Part shown: piece after piece, positions 1 to 9,440 of the stretch
How the letters are laid out: each line of letters begins with the position of its first letter
Numbering within the stretch: the first letter of the stretch is position 1
Source of the DNA: Clostridiales bacterium
Lineage (GTDB): Bacteria; Bacillota; Clostridia; Monoglobales; Firm-18
NCBI GenBank assembly: GCA_031255355.1
Contig: JAIRSR010000077.1
Coordinates: 1 to 24,930, forward strand
Direction of reading: 5' to 3'
Length of the DNA stretch: 24,930 nt
Program-made: the position numbers and the translations under genes
The notes under the pieces: model-generated
What the model was told of the DNA's origin: nothing
The model's input: the letters and a program-made list of their open reading frames with translations, nothing else
The model's database searches: none

Positions 1-74
1 GAAAATCTGCTATGCCGCATGAGCGCGACATAAACCAGCGCGACGGCAAGCGCGGCGACAGCGGAAATCAGCAT
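1..74 (-). CDS. Partial CDS (5' end only): membrane or secreted protein with a hydrophobic N-terminus, function unknown
   Basis: GGAGGT RBS (81-86), ATG at 74. Reads MLISAVAALAVALVYVALMRHSRF and runs off the window edge. Not in the ORF track. A consensus promoter lies directly upstream. Confidence 0.75.
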   Translation of the reverse strand, partial: MLISAVAALAVALVYVALMRHSRF

Positions 75-121
75 AATTGCACCTCCTGTTCCGTAGGACC
101 TACGTAATCGTTAGTATGAAT

Positions 122-150
122 ATTATAACATGCGGGTTGCTATTTGTCAA
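122..150 (-). promoter_or_regulatory. Perfect-consensus sigmaA/sigma70 promoter with extended -10
   Basis: Minus strand reads TTGACA (150-145), 17-bp spacer, TATAAT (127-122), with TG-N directly before the -10 (TGTTATAAT). It points at the gene starting at 74. Confidence 0.9.
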
Positions 151-159
151 AATAATCCT

Positions 160-996
160 TTACGTCGCGGTAATAGCGGCGCGTTCTGCGGCGAATATAA
201 AATCACGGCATCGCCGGCTGCCCTCCGCGACGTCGGCGGTGTTTTCGTACTCAAACAACACGGGAAGATCGCGCCCCCGCAACGCGTGCAGAATCGGCTT
301 CCAATCCATTTGCCCCTCGCCGCACGCGGCGGGAAGCAGTCTGCCGCTTGGCAACGGTACGAAGTCCTTAAAGTGCGCCGCCGCGACGCGCTCCCCAAGT
401 ACGCCGAGCAGCGCGGAGGGGTCGCTGTGTCCCGCCGCCCAAAGGTTTGCGGGGTCGTACAGGAACATGATATTTTCCGGGATTTCCGCAAGCATCCGCG
501 CCAACGTTTCCTCCGTGGTCGTGACGCTGTGGAAGTGCGTCACGCCGTCGTCATACGCGGTAACGCCGCCGTGTGTTTCCACCACAAGCGTCACTTTCCC
601 CCGCGCGTATTCGCCCACCGCGCGAAGCGCGGCAATCATCGCGTCCCAACGCGCTCCCACCACCTCGCCGACCGGGGAAAATCCCGCGAATATCCGCAAA
701 TACCGCGCCCGAAGCCCGACGCAAATGTCAATCACCCGCTTCACCCGCTCCGCTTCCGCAACGGGGTCGCCTATCGTGAAATCATTGCCCGCGCAAGCGC
801 AATCCAACGCGATACCGTACCGCTCGTACAGCCCGCGCGTGAACGCGAGCCGCGCCTCGTCCGCATCCAGCGGAACGCCGCCCTCCGCGTTCGCGACGTC
901 AAGTTCCAACAGCGGCAGATTCATCTCCCGCGTGAGTTCCAATTGCTTCTCGAGGGGTGTTTCACGAAACCCCCACGCCGCGTTACCGTATCGCAT
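160..996 (-). CDS. Sugar phosphate isomerase/epimerase family TIM-barrel protein (xylose-isomerase-like/AP_endonuc_2; YcjR/IolE/ketose 3-epimerase-like)
   Basis: Start reassigned from 1095 to the ATG at 996 (GGAG RBS; 1 bp after the upstream stop), giving 278 aa. The E/D/H/E metal-ligand pattern is present: VETHGG, YDPAN, AHFKD, FEYE. Confidence 0.85.
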   Translation of the reverse strand: MRYGNAAWGFRETPLEKQLELTREMNLPLLELDVANAEGGVPLDADEARLAFTRGLYERYGIALDCACAGNDFTIGDPVAEAERVKRVIDICVGLRARYLRIFAGFSPVGEVVGARWDAMIAALRAVGEYARGKVTLVVETHGGVTAYDDGVTHFHSVTTTEETLARMLAEIPENIMFLYDPANLWAAGHSDPSALLGVLGERVAAAHFKDFVPLPSGRLLPAACGEGQMDWKPILHALRGRDLPVLFEYENTADVAEGSRRCRDFIFAAERAAITAT

Positions 997-997
997 G

Positions 998-2035
998 TTA
1001 AGCACTCCAATCAAACAAAATTTTGAACACGTCCCCGCCCTTTTCCTCTTTGTACCGAAACGCCTCGGCCGCCTCCGACGCGCCCCATACCTCAACGGGC
1101 AAGTGAGAGGTATCGAATTTCCCCTCGGAAATCCACTGCAAAACCTGCTCCTTGCACCCCGCCGCGAGAGCGCAGGTCATGGAAATATTCACGTTTTTCA
1201 CAAACCAACGGTGGTAATGGTCAAAAATGATTCTGTCGGGATAATCGCCCTGCAAATGCAAACGCGCGGGGGCGTCGTCACTGCCCCAGCCGCCGTCCTT
1301 GAGGTATTTGTGTATATCGCCCACTGCGGCGGGATTGCCCGAACATTCCGCCGCGAGGTCTGCCATTTTGCCGCCCGTAAGGTCCTTTAAGCCGCGTACC
1401 GCCTGTTCCGGCGAGAACACGTAATCGGCGTAATGTTCGGCAATCGACCGCCGAAACGCGTTCTCCTCCACGCTGACGACGGTAAGCGCGGGGTACAGAA
1501 TTTTCAGTATCTGTATAAAACTAACGCCCACCATACCCGCGCCGACCACCAACGCCGTTTCGCCGTCCCGCGCCGCCAGACGCTTCACGCCTTTCAGCGC
1601 GACACACGCCAAGTACGCCAAAACCGCCTGTTGCTCCGTCACGTTATCGGGGATTTTCACCATATAGTCAAACGGACTGTCGGCGGTGAAACTGTCTTTA
1701 ACGGTATATTCCGAATTGCCGCCCCACGCGGCGCAAACGTCGCCGAATTTGCGGCATTCGTTAATCATGACGCGGTCGCCGACGCGCAAATCACCGCCGT
1801 CCGGTGCGCGTTCCACTACCCCCGCCGTTTCATAGCCCGGCACCAACGGATACCAGCACTGTTCCGGGTGCTGCATTCCCCGGTACGTTTTCATGTCCGT
1901 CCCGCTCGAAATCGCGCTGAACGCCGTCCGCGCCAAATACGCGCCCTCGCGCGGTTCGGTCAGTTGAATCTCCCGAAACGCCGCGTGGTACGGACGCTCG
2001 ATCACGATCGCCCGCGAATGTGTCGGATATTGCAT
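998..2035 (-). CDS. Medium-chain (MDR) NAD-dependent dehydrogenase, BchC/YcjQ-like subfamily; probable sugar/glycoside dehydrogenase
   Basis: Start reassigned to the ATG at 2035 (GGAG RBS), giving 345 aa. GroES-like N-domain with AISSGTD and YPLVPGYE; Rossmann motif VVGAGMVG followed by an acidic VEE. Confidence 0.8.
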   Translation of the reverse strand: MQYPTHSRAIVIERPYHAAFREIQLTEPREGAYLARTAFSAISSGTDMKTYRGMQHPEQCWYPLVPGYETAGVVERAPDGGDLRVGDRVMINECRKFGDVCAAWGGNSEYTVKDSFTADSPFDYMVKIPDNVTEQQAVLAYLACVALKGVKRLAARDGETALVVGAGMVGVSFIQILKILYPALTVVSVEENAFRRSIAEHYADYVFSPEQAVRGLKDLTGGKMADLAAECSGNPAAVGDIHKYLKDGGWGSDDAPARLHLQGDYPDRIIFDHYHRWFVKNVNISMTCALAAGCKEQVLQWISEGKFDTSHLPVEVWGASEAAEAFRYKEEKGGDVFKILFDWSA

Positions 2036-2056
2036 AACAACCACTCCTACCTTGAT

Positions 2057-4237
2057 TCAATTTTTTTCAAATTCCGATTCAATTTTTTCAAAAACCATAA
2101 CTTCCCCCGCGTACTCATACGCCTCTAACGCAATACCAATGCCCGCCCGCGCAAGCGCCGCCCCGCTGTACACCTTGCCGTTACAGCGGTAGGACGCGCT
2201 CGGGGAAAGTCCCTTTAGGAACACGCGCCGCGACTCGCCGTTCAAAGCGGTTTGCGTCTGATAAGTAAACAGCACCGCCTGCTTGCCGTCCGCGCTTACG
2301 AACTCCCACGCCGCGCCGCCGTCAAAAGGACTTTCCAAACGGTAAAAATCCCCGAACTGCACAGTTTGCCTTAGATGCTTGTATCGCGCGGCAATCTCCG
2401 CCGCCTGCCGCCGTTCCGCCGCGGATAGCCGCGTCAAGTCCATTTCAAAGCCGAAATTCCCCGCCATCGCGACGCGGGCGCAAACGTCCATGAACGCGTT
2501 GCGGCAATCGCGCCCGGTATCAATACTGCCGATATGCGCCGCCATTGTGATTGGCGGGTAAACCACCGAAGTGCCGTGCTGGATTTTCAGCCGCGCGATC
2601 GGGTTGGTGTTATCGCTCGTCCACGTTTGCGGCATATAATACAACATGCCCGGGTCGAACCTCCCGCCGCCGCCGCCGCAACCCTCGAACAGCACGTTGG
2701 GGAAGCGTTCGGCAAGCGTTTCCAACACGCGGTACAGCCCTAACATATACTTATGCGGTTGGGTTTGGTCCGCCGTTTCGGTTAGGTTGCGGTTGCAATC
2801 CCACTTGACATACTCGATGTTGGCGGAGCGGAGTACTTCCGACACCGCGCCGATGATGTATTCGCACACTTCCTCCCGCGACAGGTCCAGCACAAGTTGA
2901 TAGCGGTTTTCCGTGCGTTTGCGTCCCTCGGCGAATACGCACCAATCGGGGTGCGCCCGATAGAGCAGACTATCCGGCGACACCATTTCCGGCTCGAACC
3001 ACAGCCCGAACTTCATACCCATACCGTTCACCGCATCCGCGACGCCGCGCAAGCCGTTGGGAAGTTTCGCGGAGTTGACGTGCCAATCGCCGAGGGAACA
3101 AGTATCGCCGCCGCGCGCACCGAACCAACCGTCGTCCAGCACGAAAAGTTCCAAGCCGATTTCCGCGCCGACTTTCGCGATGTCAAGCAACTTTTTTTCG
3201 TCAAAGTCAAACCCGGTCCCCTCCCAATTGTTAATCACCATCGGGCGGGGCGCGTCGCGGTACTTCCCCCGGCAAAGCCGCTCACGGTACATACGGTGGT
3301 ACACGCGGCTCATGCCGCCGATTCCCTCGCCCGAATGGACCATAACCACCTCGGGCGTTTGGAACACGTCCCCCGGGGCAAGCGGCCAGTCGAAGCCGAA
3401 AGGATTCAAGCCCGCGGTTACGCGTGTGCCGCCGCAGGAATCCCCCTCCGCCGACATACTGAAATTGCCGCTGTACACAAGGGAAAAGCCGTACACCTCG
3501 CCGCTGTTCTCGTCCGCGTTTTTCGCCGTAAGCGCGATAAACGGATTGTGCGCGTGCCCGCTCATGCCGCGCTTGGAGTCAATTGTGACGATCCCGCGCC
3601 CTACGGATAATACCTCCGGGTACCGCTCCCGCGCCCAATCGCCCCGCAAATGCAGCAGGTTGTACTCCTTGCCGTAAAAATCCACACACGCGGACTGCGC
3701 CGAAAGCAGTGCGATTTCCCCCGCGCCCGCGTTTTCATAGCGGATATTGCGCGTAATCACGTCGTACTCCTCAAAAACGCTGTAACAAAGGACGGCTTTC
3801 AGCCCGGTCAGCGCGTCGCGCAAGGTAACTTCCAGCGTTTGCGCTTCGGCGGCGTTTTCGGCGTAGGTAGCGGGCAAGCCGCGCAACTTCTTTTTGCCCC
3901 GGTAGATTTGATACCCCCCGTAGGCGAACTCCGACACCGTAGAGCCGTCGCCGTACCGCGCGTGGAATGCCGGTACGCGGTAATCCCCGCCGCCCACCAC
4001 TGAAAATTCCAACTTCAAATCGCTAAGGAACACGCGGTTTTCGCTGTCAAGCGGCACGTGGAACGCGTTCGCGCGGGAAAATATAAATTCCTCCGGCAAA
4101 TAGGTCAAATCTACGCCGTGTTCCAACCGCGCACCCCAATACAAGTGCGTTAAATACAGCCCCCGGTATACGGAAAAAATATAACTCACGCGCTTCGTTT
4201 GCAGATGAAATTGGCCGTTGTGATATTTGATACTCAT
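2057..4237 (-). CDS. Alpha-galactosidase, glycoside hydrolase family 36 (cytoplasmic)
   Basis: 726 aa with GH36 motifs NNWEG, FVLDDGWFG, FGLWFEPEMVSPDS, YVKWDCNR, GGGGGRFD and WTSDNT. No signal peptide. Confidence 0.95.
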   Translation of the reverse strand: MSIKYHNGQFHLQTKRVSYIFSVYRGLYLTHLYWGARLEHGVDLTYLPEEFIFSRANAFHVPLDSENRVFLSDLKLEFSVVGGGDYRVPAFHARYGDGSTVSEFAYGGYQIYRGKKKLRGLPATYAENAAEAQTLEVTLRDALTGLKAVLCYSVFEEYDVITRNIRYENAGAGEIALLSAQSACVDFYGKEYNLLHLRGDWARERYPEVLSVGRGIVTIDSKRGMSGHAHNPFIALTAKNADENSGEVYGFSLVYSGNFSMSAEGDSCGGTRVTAGLNPFGFDWPLAPGDVFQTPEVVMVHSGEGIGGMSRVYHRMYRERLCRGKYRDAPRPMVINNWEGTGFDFDEKKLLDIAKVGAEIGLELFVLDDGWFGARGGDTCSLGDWHVNSAKLPNGLRGVADAVNGMGMKFGLWFEPEMVSPDSLLYRAHPDWCVFAEGRKRTENRYQLVLDLSREEVCEYIIGAVSEVLRSANIEYVKWDCNRNLTETADQTQPHKYMLGLYRVLETLAERFPNVLFEGCGGGGGRFDPGMLYYMPQTWTSDNTNPIARLKIQHGTSVVYPPITMAAHIGSIDTGRDCRNAFMDVCARVAMAGNFGFEMDLTRLSAAERRQAAEIAARYKHLRQTVQFGDFYRLESPFDGGAAWEFVSADGKQAVLFTYQTQTALNGESRRVFLKGLSPSASYRCNGKVYSGAALARAGIGIALEAYEYAGEVMVFEKIESEFEKN

Positions 4238-4260
4238 ACTCTATCCCCTTTAGAATCTAT

Positions 4261-7143
4261 CTAAAAATTATACAAAATATACTGTCTGCCGCCGCCGTGC
4301 GCGGGAATCCAAAGGACGCGGCTGGCGTGTTGTTCGCCGTATTGATACATACCCTTAAAATCACTGATGGTCGCGTTGCGCACCTGCGGCTTTGCGCCGA
4401 CCGTAGCGTCATACACGATCGCGCCGCCCATCTGCCAATAATAGTTCGTGTTCATATGCCCCGTTACGTGGATTTTGCGCCGTCCGTCCGCGCCGTACCT
4501 GCCTGTATCGATTACCAAGCCGCTTTGCGAATCCACGTAGTACACAACCCCCGCGTACAGGCTGCGGATACTGCCGCCGTCCGTCAGCGCGTCGAAGTCC
4601 AAATCGGGGAAGGTCTTTGCCGTAATCGGGATATTGTAATAGGTATGCCGCCGATACGATGATACCACATCATTCCCCCGCGTGTAAAGTTGAATCAAAT
4701 CGCCCGCTTCCAAGCCGTCAAACGTGTGTTCGTCCCGCCCGATATACTCTTTCATGACAACGCCCGTCGCCACCTCGACCGCGCCGACCGCCGCGCCGTC
4801 CTTGTCCAATTTTTTGAACACGCGGCTGACCATGACGGGGAACGCGAAGCGCGTGGTGATAATTTCCTGCTCCGCACCGCCCGCGTCGGCGTAAATGAGG
4901 GCAATTTGCGGACGCATATCAAAGCCGCAATCGTAAAGTTCGATGGAATACGGCCGCGCGTTGGCGGGCGCTTGCACGCTGTAATCCTCGTCGTGAAACG
5001 TTTCCGGCGAGGGAACAAAAAAGTATTTGTTCGGCTTGTGATAGCCCGTATCGTCTGCGGCGCGGAGGAGTCTGCCGCTCGTATCCTCCACCAGATTGTA
5101 CTCGTCGATCGGCACACTGCGCTGTAAATGCGCCGACTCCACCAAGCCGTTTTGATTGATTAGATCCTCCGGCAAGCAAGTTTCCAATTCGGCGAGCATA
5201 CCGTCGGCGGTCAGGCGGTAGCGAATCATCTGTGAAATCCCGAACCCGCCGCGCAACATTCCCGCCACGCGCTTCAAAAGGGTCAACGCCTCGTCTTTGC
5301 TAAGGGAATCGCCGTTGACGTTCGTCTTTCGCTCTGTCGTAACAACGATAATCTCACCGTCGTCCGTCATGATTTTCAGTTGCAAAGTATCGGAAAGCGC
5401 ACCCCGCGCGGAGCCGGCGTTGATGAGGTACCCGTACCGCAACGCGTCCGTCGCGCCGCTTTCTTTGAACGCAACGATTTCCCCCGAAAAGTCAAGATAA
5501 AACAACCCTGTTTTCCCCAACGTCAACGCGCCGTCAAGTTCGTTAAAATAATTGCTCGGCGAACTTTTGAACGTCTTGCCGCCGATTTCCACATTCCCCT
5601 CGCCGTCAATCGCTTCTATGGTACCCTCGATTTTCCGCGTAGAAATAACAAACCGCGTGTAAACCGCGTCCCCGGCGGGAAGCAAATGCCCGCGCTGTTC
5701 CTCGTACTTATCGGCAAACGCGCTGAGTACGCAATCGGCGGGAATCCGCGAAACATCTATCGTCTTTGCCGGCTTGCCGTCCTTGCCGAACACGCCGGGA
5801 ACGTCTGCATAATATTCAACCTCCGTGCCGTCGGCGTTGGCGAACTCCAAAATCGTGTCCCCGCTCATACGCGCCGTAATCGGCAAAAGGCTGTACTGCG
5901 GTGTGAGCGTGATTGTATGTCCGCCGTCCGCCGAAGCCCGTTGCAGCAAAAGATTCTCGTAGCGGTTGACGCACACCAAATCGTAAATATCGTCGTCATA
6001 ATTGGAAACCAGCGTAATACTGCCCTGTTGGATTTCCAACGCCGCCCCCAAACTCGGAACCGCCGCCGCCGTGCCGTTGATTAGCACCGTAGGCGCGTCG
6101 CTCAACACCGCCGTCAGTACGCGGCGGCCGTCGTCCTCCGTATAACGAATCGTTTTCGCGGACGGCGTATAGTTCACATAATCCTCCGCGTCGATTTCAA
6201 TTTCCGCGACCTTTCTGTGGTCGATGAGGTAAATCACCGTATACGCGCCGTCGTCATCACGGTAAAAGAACTGTGTCCGATACCCCAAACGCGCCGCGCC
6301 CGCCTTTTGGTCAAGGGCGTATACGTCCTCATCTATTTTCACCGTACCGCGCTTCACCGCGCCGCCCGATAAGCCGCCTGCACGGGTCGCCGTGACAATG
6401 CCGTCCCCCTCGTAAACCTCGTGCCGTTCGGAAAGAAACGTTTCCTCCGTATTCACCGCGTAGGTGTTCCGCTCCCCCGCGCGGTTTTTTTGCAAGGGAT
6501 GGCTTCGTAACATGTTATAGATAAACTCCGCGAACACGCCGCGCGTCATGCCGTCCGCGCTTCGGAACGATACCCCCGCCCGCCGCGCCGCCGCGAAGTA
6601 CCCCTCGGGATAGCCGCCGCTGACCCGCGCGAACTCCTCATACCCCATGACGCGCGTCAACAGCACCACCGCCTCGGTATAGGTAAGCCGCGTGTTGACG
6701 TTGACGGTATTATCCGCGTTGCCTTTCAAAATTCCGTATGCCGCCAACGCCTGCACCGCCGAAAAATACGGCGAATCCCTGTCTACGTCATAAAACGTGC
6801 CGATCGGCGCGTCCGCGAACGCCGCGGTATCGATCCCTGCGGCGGCGGCGGTAATCACACACGCATCCCCTTTTAATACAGGCGCGTCGGGTCGAAATGT
6901 GCCGTCGTCAAAGCCCCGCATAACGCCAAGCGTATCTAAAAACCCCGCGTACAACTTCAACGAACCCTCCCGCGCGTCGGAAAAGGCGGGCGCCTGTTCC
7001 CCCGGGGCAGATTCCACCGCTTCGGCAACGTCGATATTGTCATACTCATGCCCCGCGCCGCTTAAATCGTCCGCGCTTAGCGAAACACAGCGGGTAAGGA
7101 TAATCAGCAGCGCGGCGGCGGTCGCGGTAAAGCGTCTTTTCAT
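4261..7143 (-). CDS. Secreted SLH-domain (S-layer-like) protein, 960 aa (P6)
   Basis: AAAGGAGG RBS; signal peptide MKRRFTATAAALLII...SLSA. N-terminal SLH repeats (LGVMRGFDDGTFRPD; YGILKGNADNT..LTYTE; TRGVFAEFIYNML) at about 6505-6983, then ~740 aa of beta-rich sequence with no recognisable catalytic motif. Confidence 0.85.
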   Translation of the reverse strand: MKRRFTATAAALLIILTRCVSLSADDLSGAGHEYDNIDVAEAVESAPGEQAPAFSDAREGSLKLYAGFLDTLGVMRGFDDGTFRPDAPVLKGDACVITAAAAGIDTAAFADAPIGTFYDVDRDSPYFSAVQALAAYGILKGNADNTVNVNTRLTYTEAVVLLTRVMGYEEFARVSGGYPEGYFAAARRAGVSFRSADGMTRGVFAEFIYNMLRSHPLQKNRAGERNTYAVNTEETFLSERHEVYEGDGIVTATRAGGLSGGAVKRGTVKIDEDVYALDQKAGAARLGYRTQFFYRDDDGAYTVIYLIDHRKVAEIEIDAEDYVNYTPSAKTIRYTEDDGRRVLTAVLSDAPTVLINGTAAAVPSLGAALEIQQGSITLVSNYDDDIYDLVCVNRYENLLLQRASADGGHTITLTPQYSLLPITARMSGDTILEFANADGTEVEYYADVPGVFGKDGKPAKTIDVSRIPADCVLSAFADKYEEQRGHLLPAGDAVYTRFVISTRKIEGTIEAIDGEGNVEIGGKTFKSSPSNYFNELDGALTLGKTGLFYLDFSGEIVAFKESGATDALRYGYLINAGSARGALSDTLQLKIMTDDGEIIVVTTERKTNVNGDSLSKDEALTLLKRVAGMLRGGFGISQMIRYRLTADGMLAELETCLPEDLINQNGLVESAHLQRSVPIDEYNLVEDTSGRLLRAADDTGYHKPNKYFFVPSPETFHDEDYSVQAPANARPYSIELYDCGFDMRPQIALIYADAGGAEQEIITTRFAFPVMVSRVFKKLDKDGAAVGAVEVATGVVMKEYIGRDEHTFDGLEAGDLIQLYTRGNDVVSSYRRHTYYNIPITAKTFPDLDFDALTDGGSIRSLYAGVVYYVDSQSGLVIDTGRYGADGRRKIHVTGHMNTNYYWQMGGAIVYDATVGAKPQVRNATISDFKGMYQYGEQHASRVLWIPAHGGGRQYILYNF

Positions 7144-7181
7144 TACGGATTCCTCCTTTGCCTTGAAAGATTACTCCCGGG

Positions 7182-9437
7182 TTAGCGGGCAGCATTGTAT
7201 AGCCGATACAGGATAGACGCGGCTTCGGCGCGTGTCGCCGCCTCATTTGTCCGTGGGTATCCGTTTTCGTACAGCCGCGCGAACAGTCCGTAGGCGATTG
7301 CCGTCAAAACGTCCTCCCGCGCCCACGCGGAAACACCCGATAAATCCTTAATGCCAAGCGCGTCAACCGATAGACCGCCCTGCCGCGCAACACCCCCGCG
7401 CAAACGGTACGCGCGGTTCGCGGCGGCGGCGATTTCCTCCGCCGTCACTTGGTCGTCAGGCGCGAAAACCGCTTCCCGCTTGCCTTTCAAAACGCCCTTG
7501 TAAAAAAGTCCGTCCGCGCCGTCCGCGTACCACGCGCCGTCAGGTACGTCAGTGAAATGCTTCGGATAGCCCCCGCCAAGCCCCAGCACCCGCGCCAGCA
7601 TCACCGCAAATTCCGCGCGTGTCACGGGTTCATAGGGCGCGAACACCGTCGCCGTCTTGCCTTGAATAAAGCCCAAATCGGTCATTTTCGCGATTTCATT
7701 CCGCGCCCAACAGCCGTCTATGTCGGCGAACGCCGTTTCAACGGGCGCGTCCTCCCGTTCGCCGCCCGCCTGCCCGCCCAAGCCCGCGATTTCCGCCGCC
7801 GTTTCAAGGGTCAGCACCGCCAAACTCTTGTTCGGCATATGATAATTCTTGAAATTCGCGGTGTTCCGCTCCGTCGTCACCGCCGTCACAATATCCGCTT
7901 CTTTCGCGCTGTAAATAAAGGATTGCGTGTTCGGCGCGGTGAACACCGTTTCGCTTTTCAGCGTGTAATCATGCTTCAAATCAAAGGCGATATTGAAGTC
8001 AAGGTCTTCCCGCATATTTACCAGAATAATTTTCAAACGGTTCCCGCCCTCCGCCGTCACCAACGCGCTCATTCGGAGGTTGTCGTCCGTTTCGTCCGTC
8101 ACCGGGTCGTCAGAGGTCAAAACGCTCCGCACCACGCGGTCGCCCAGACCGCCGGCATAGACGTGGTACATCTGCCCAACGGGTGATTGGTATAACGTGC
8201 CGCCGACGTACTGCGCCAAGCCCCACCAGCGGCTTTCCTCCCCGCCGTCAAAAAAGGAGTGATACGTCGCGCCGCCCATATCGCCGCGCTTCATCATGAC
8301 GTTAAAGAACTGCGCCGTACTCAGCGCGGAAAATAAATTGATTCTGCCCGCGTCGTCCAAGCCCTCGTCCGCGAAACGCGCGTGTTCCGTCAATAAAAAC
8401 TTCACGCCGTGCCCCGCGCCCAAAACACGCTCCAACGCGTCCGACATATCGTCGAACAAGCCGCTCATGTACGCCGTGGACATGCCGTCATAATAGGGGT
8501 GGAACGCGAGGTAGTCGCAATCCGCGCCAATCGCCCGCGCAACCCCCTCCGTCCATTTGATATGCGATTCCGCTTCGCTCCAAGGCGCGGTTTTGCCGCA
8601 CATGACAAACTTCGCCTCCGGCGCGGCGGCGCGAATCGCCGCGATATGCTTCGGCGCGATTTCAGAGTACCATTCCAACTTCGACTGTGAAAACGCCCAC
8701 ACATTATCCTGTTCCGGCTCGTTCAGCGCGGAGTCGATTTCATTCCCCAACTCAAAAGCGAACACGTTCACCGGCTCCGTCATGCCGTACATGGCGCGGA
8801 GTGCCCCCCACTCGGACTGCCCCGCCTCATGCGTCAAAAACGCGGCGAGGTTGGCGTTGTCCTCCGGCGTGGCGTGTGTGACGGAAATTGTGCATAAATA
8901 CTGACCGTTCGGGTTGATGGACCGCATCAGTTTGACGAACTCCAACGGCCCCATGTTGGTCGCCACGCGTCCCTCACTGCCAAGCGGCGAGACGTCCCGC
9001 GTGTACTTGTTGCCGTCCACCCGCGCACTGCCGGAGCGGGTATTCATTTGCCCGATATTCAAAATCAAATTCGTTTCCTCAATCGCCGCGCCGCCGTACC
9101 GAAACAGCGGAAAGTCAAACACACGCGGCGCGAACGCTTGAAATTCGGGCGCGAAGTCCGTTCCCTCCAGGATATGTCTGTGGCTGCTCTCGTACTGCAC
9201 TCCCAGCATTTCCATCACCGTCGCGTGGAGAGGGTCGTCCTCGTCCACTGTCAAAACAGCGTCCGCCGTCGCGGTTGCGGTCACACTTTCCCGCAATCGC
9301 GCCTGTTCGCTGTCATTCAACGCCGCGTACGCGGGAAGCGAAAGGGTACACGCCGTCAGCAGTAACAGCGCGATACATTTTTCATACCTTCGGTTATACC
9401 TTCGGTTATACCTGCGGTTATACACGCGGTTATACAC
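7182..9437 (-). CDS. Secreted, SLH-anchored clan GH-A glycoside hydrolase, GH51-like and divergent (P5)
   Basis: Likely GTG start at 9437, 8 nt after GGAGG (the ORF track uses 9446). Signal peptide, then W..LR.MYG..EP, FELGNE (acid/base), DYLAFHPYY, LLTEH (candidate nucleophile) and a C-terminal beta-sandwich. Three SLH repeats at about 7190-7730 (TRAE, TAEE, TRAE). Confidence 0.8.
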   Translation of the reverse strand: MYNRVYNRRYNRRYNRRYEKCIALLLLTACTLSLPAYAALNDSEQARLRESVTATATADAVLTVDEDDPLHATVMEMLGVQYESSHRHILEGTDFAPEFQAFAPRVFDFPLFRYGGAAIEETNLILNIGQMNTRSGSARVDGNKYTRDVSPLGSEGRVATNMGPLEFVKLMRSINPNGQYLCTISVTHATPEDNANLAAFLTHEAGQSEWGALRAMYGMTEPVNVFAFELGNEIDSALNEPEQDNVWAFSQSKLEWYSEIAPKHIAAIRAAAPEAKFVMCGKTAPWSEAESHIKWTEGVARAIGADCDYLAFHPYYDGMSTAYMSGLFDDMSDALERVLGAGHGVKFLLTEHARFADEGLDDAGRINLFSALSTAQFFNVMMKRGDMGGATYHSFFDGGEESRWWGLAQYVGGTLYQSPVGQMYHVYAGGLGDRVVRSVLTSDDPVTDETDDNLRMSALVTAEGGNRLKIILVNMREDLDFNIAFDLKHDYTLKSETVFTAPNTQSFIYSAKEADIVTAVTTERNTANFKNYHMPNKSLAVLTLETAAEIAGLGGQAGGEREDAPVETAFADIDGCWARNEIAKMTDLGFIQGKTATVFAPYEPVTRAEFAVMLARVLGLGGGYPKHFTDVPDGAWYADGADGLFYKGVLKGKREAVFAPDDQVTAEEIAAAANRAYRLRGGVARQGGLSVDALGIKDLSGVSAWAREDVLTAIAYGLFARLYENGYPRTNEAATRAEAASILYRLYNAAR

Positions 9438-9440
9438 GCG
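9381..9440 (-). repeat. Five-copy 12-bp imperfect tandem repeat spanning the P4 stop and P5 start
   Basis: Minus-strand units: CGCGTGTATAAC, CGCGTGTATAAC, CGCAGGTATAAC, CGAAGGTATAAC, CGAAGGTATGAA. They encode (R)VYN RVYN RRYN RRYN RRYE in P5. Confidence 0.95.

Noticed and set aside
77-1390. Long plus-strand ORFs (77..1390, 130..1026) and the many other plus-strand ORFs up to 24175
   Set aside because: They are antisense shadows of well-supported minus-strand genes in GC-rich DNA. They are rich in Arg/Ala/Pro/Ser and have no RBS or family motifs.
9381-9440. Repeat considered as a CRISPR array or iteron set
   Set aside because: The 12-bp units are contiguous with no spacers, lie in coding sequence, and have no cas or rep genes nearby.
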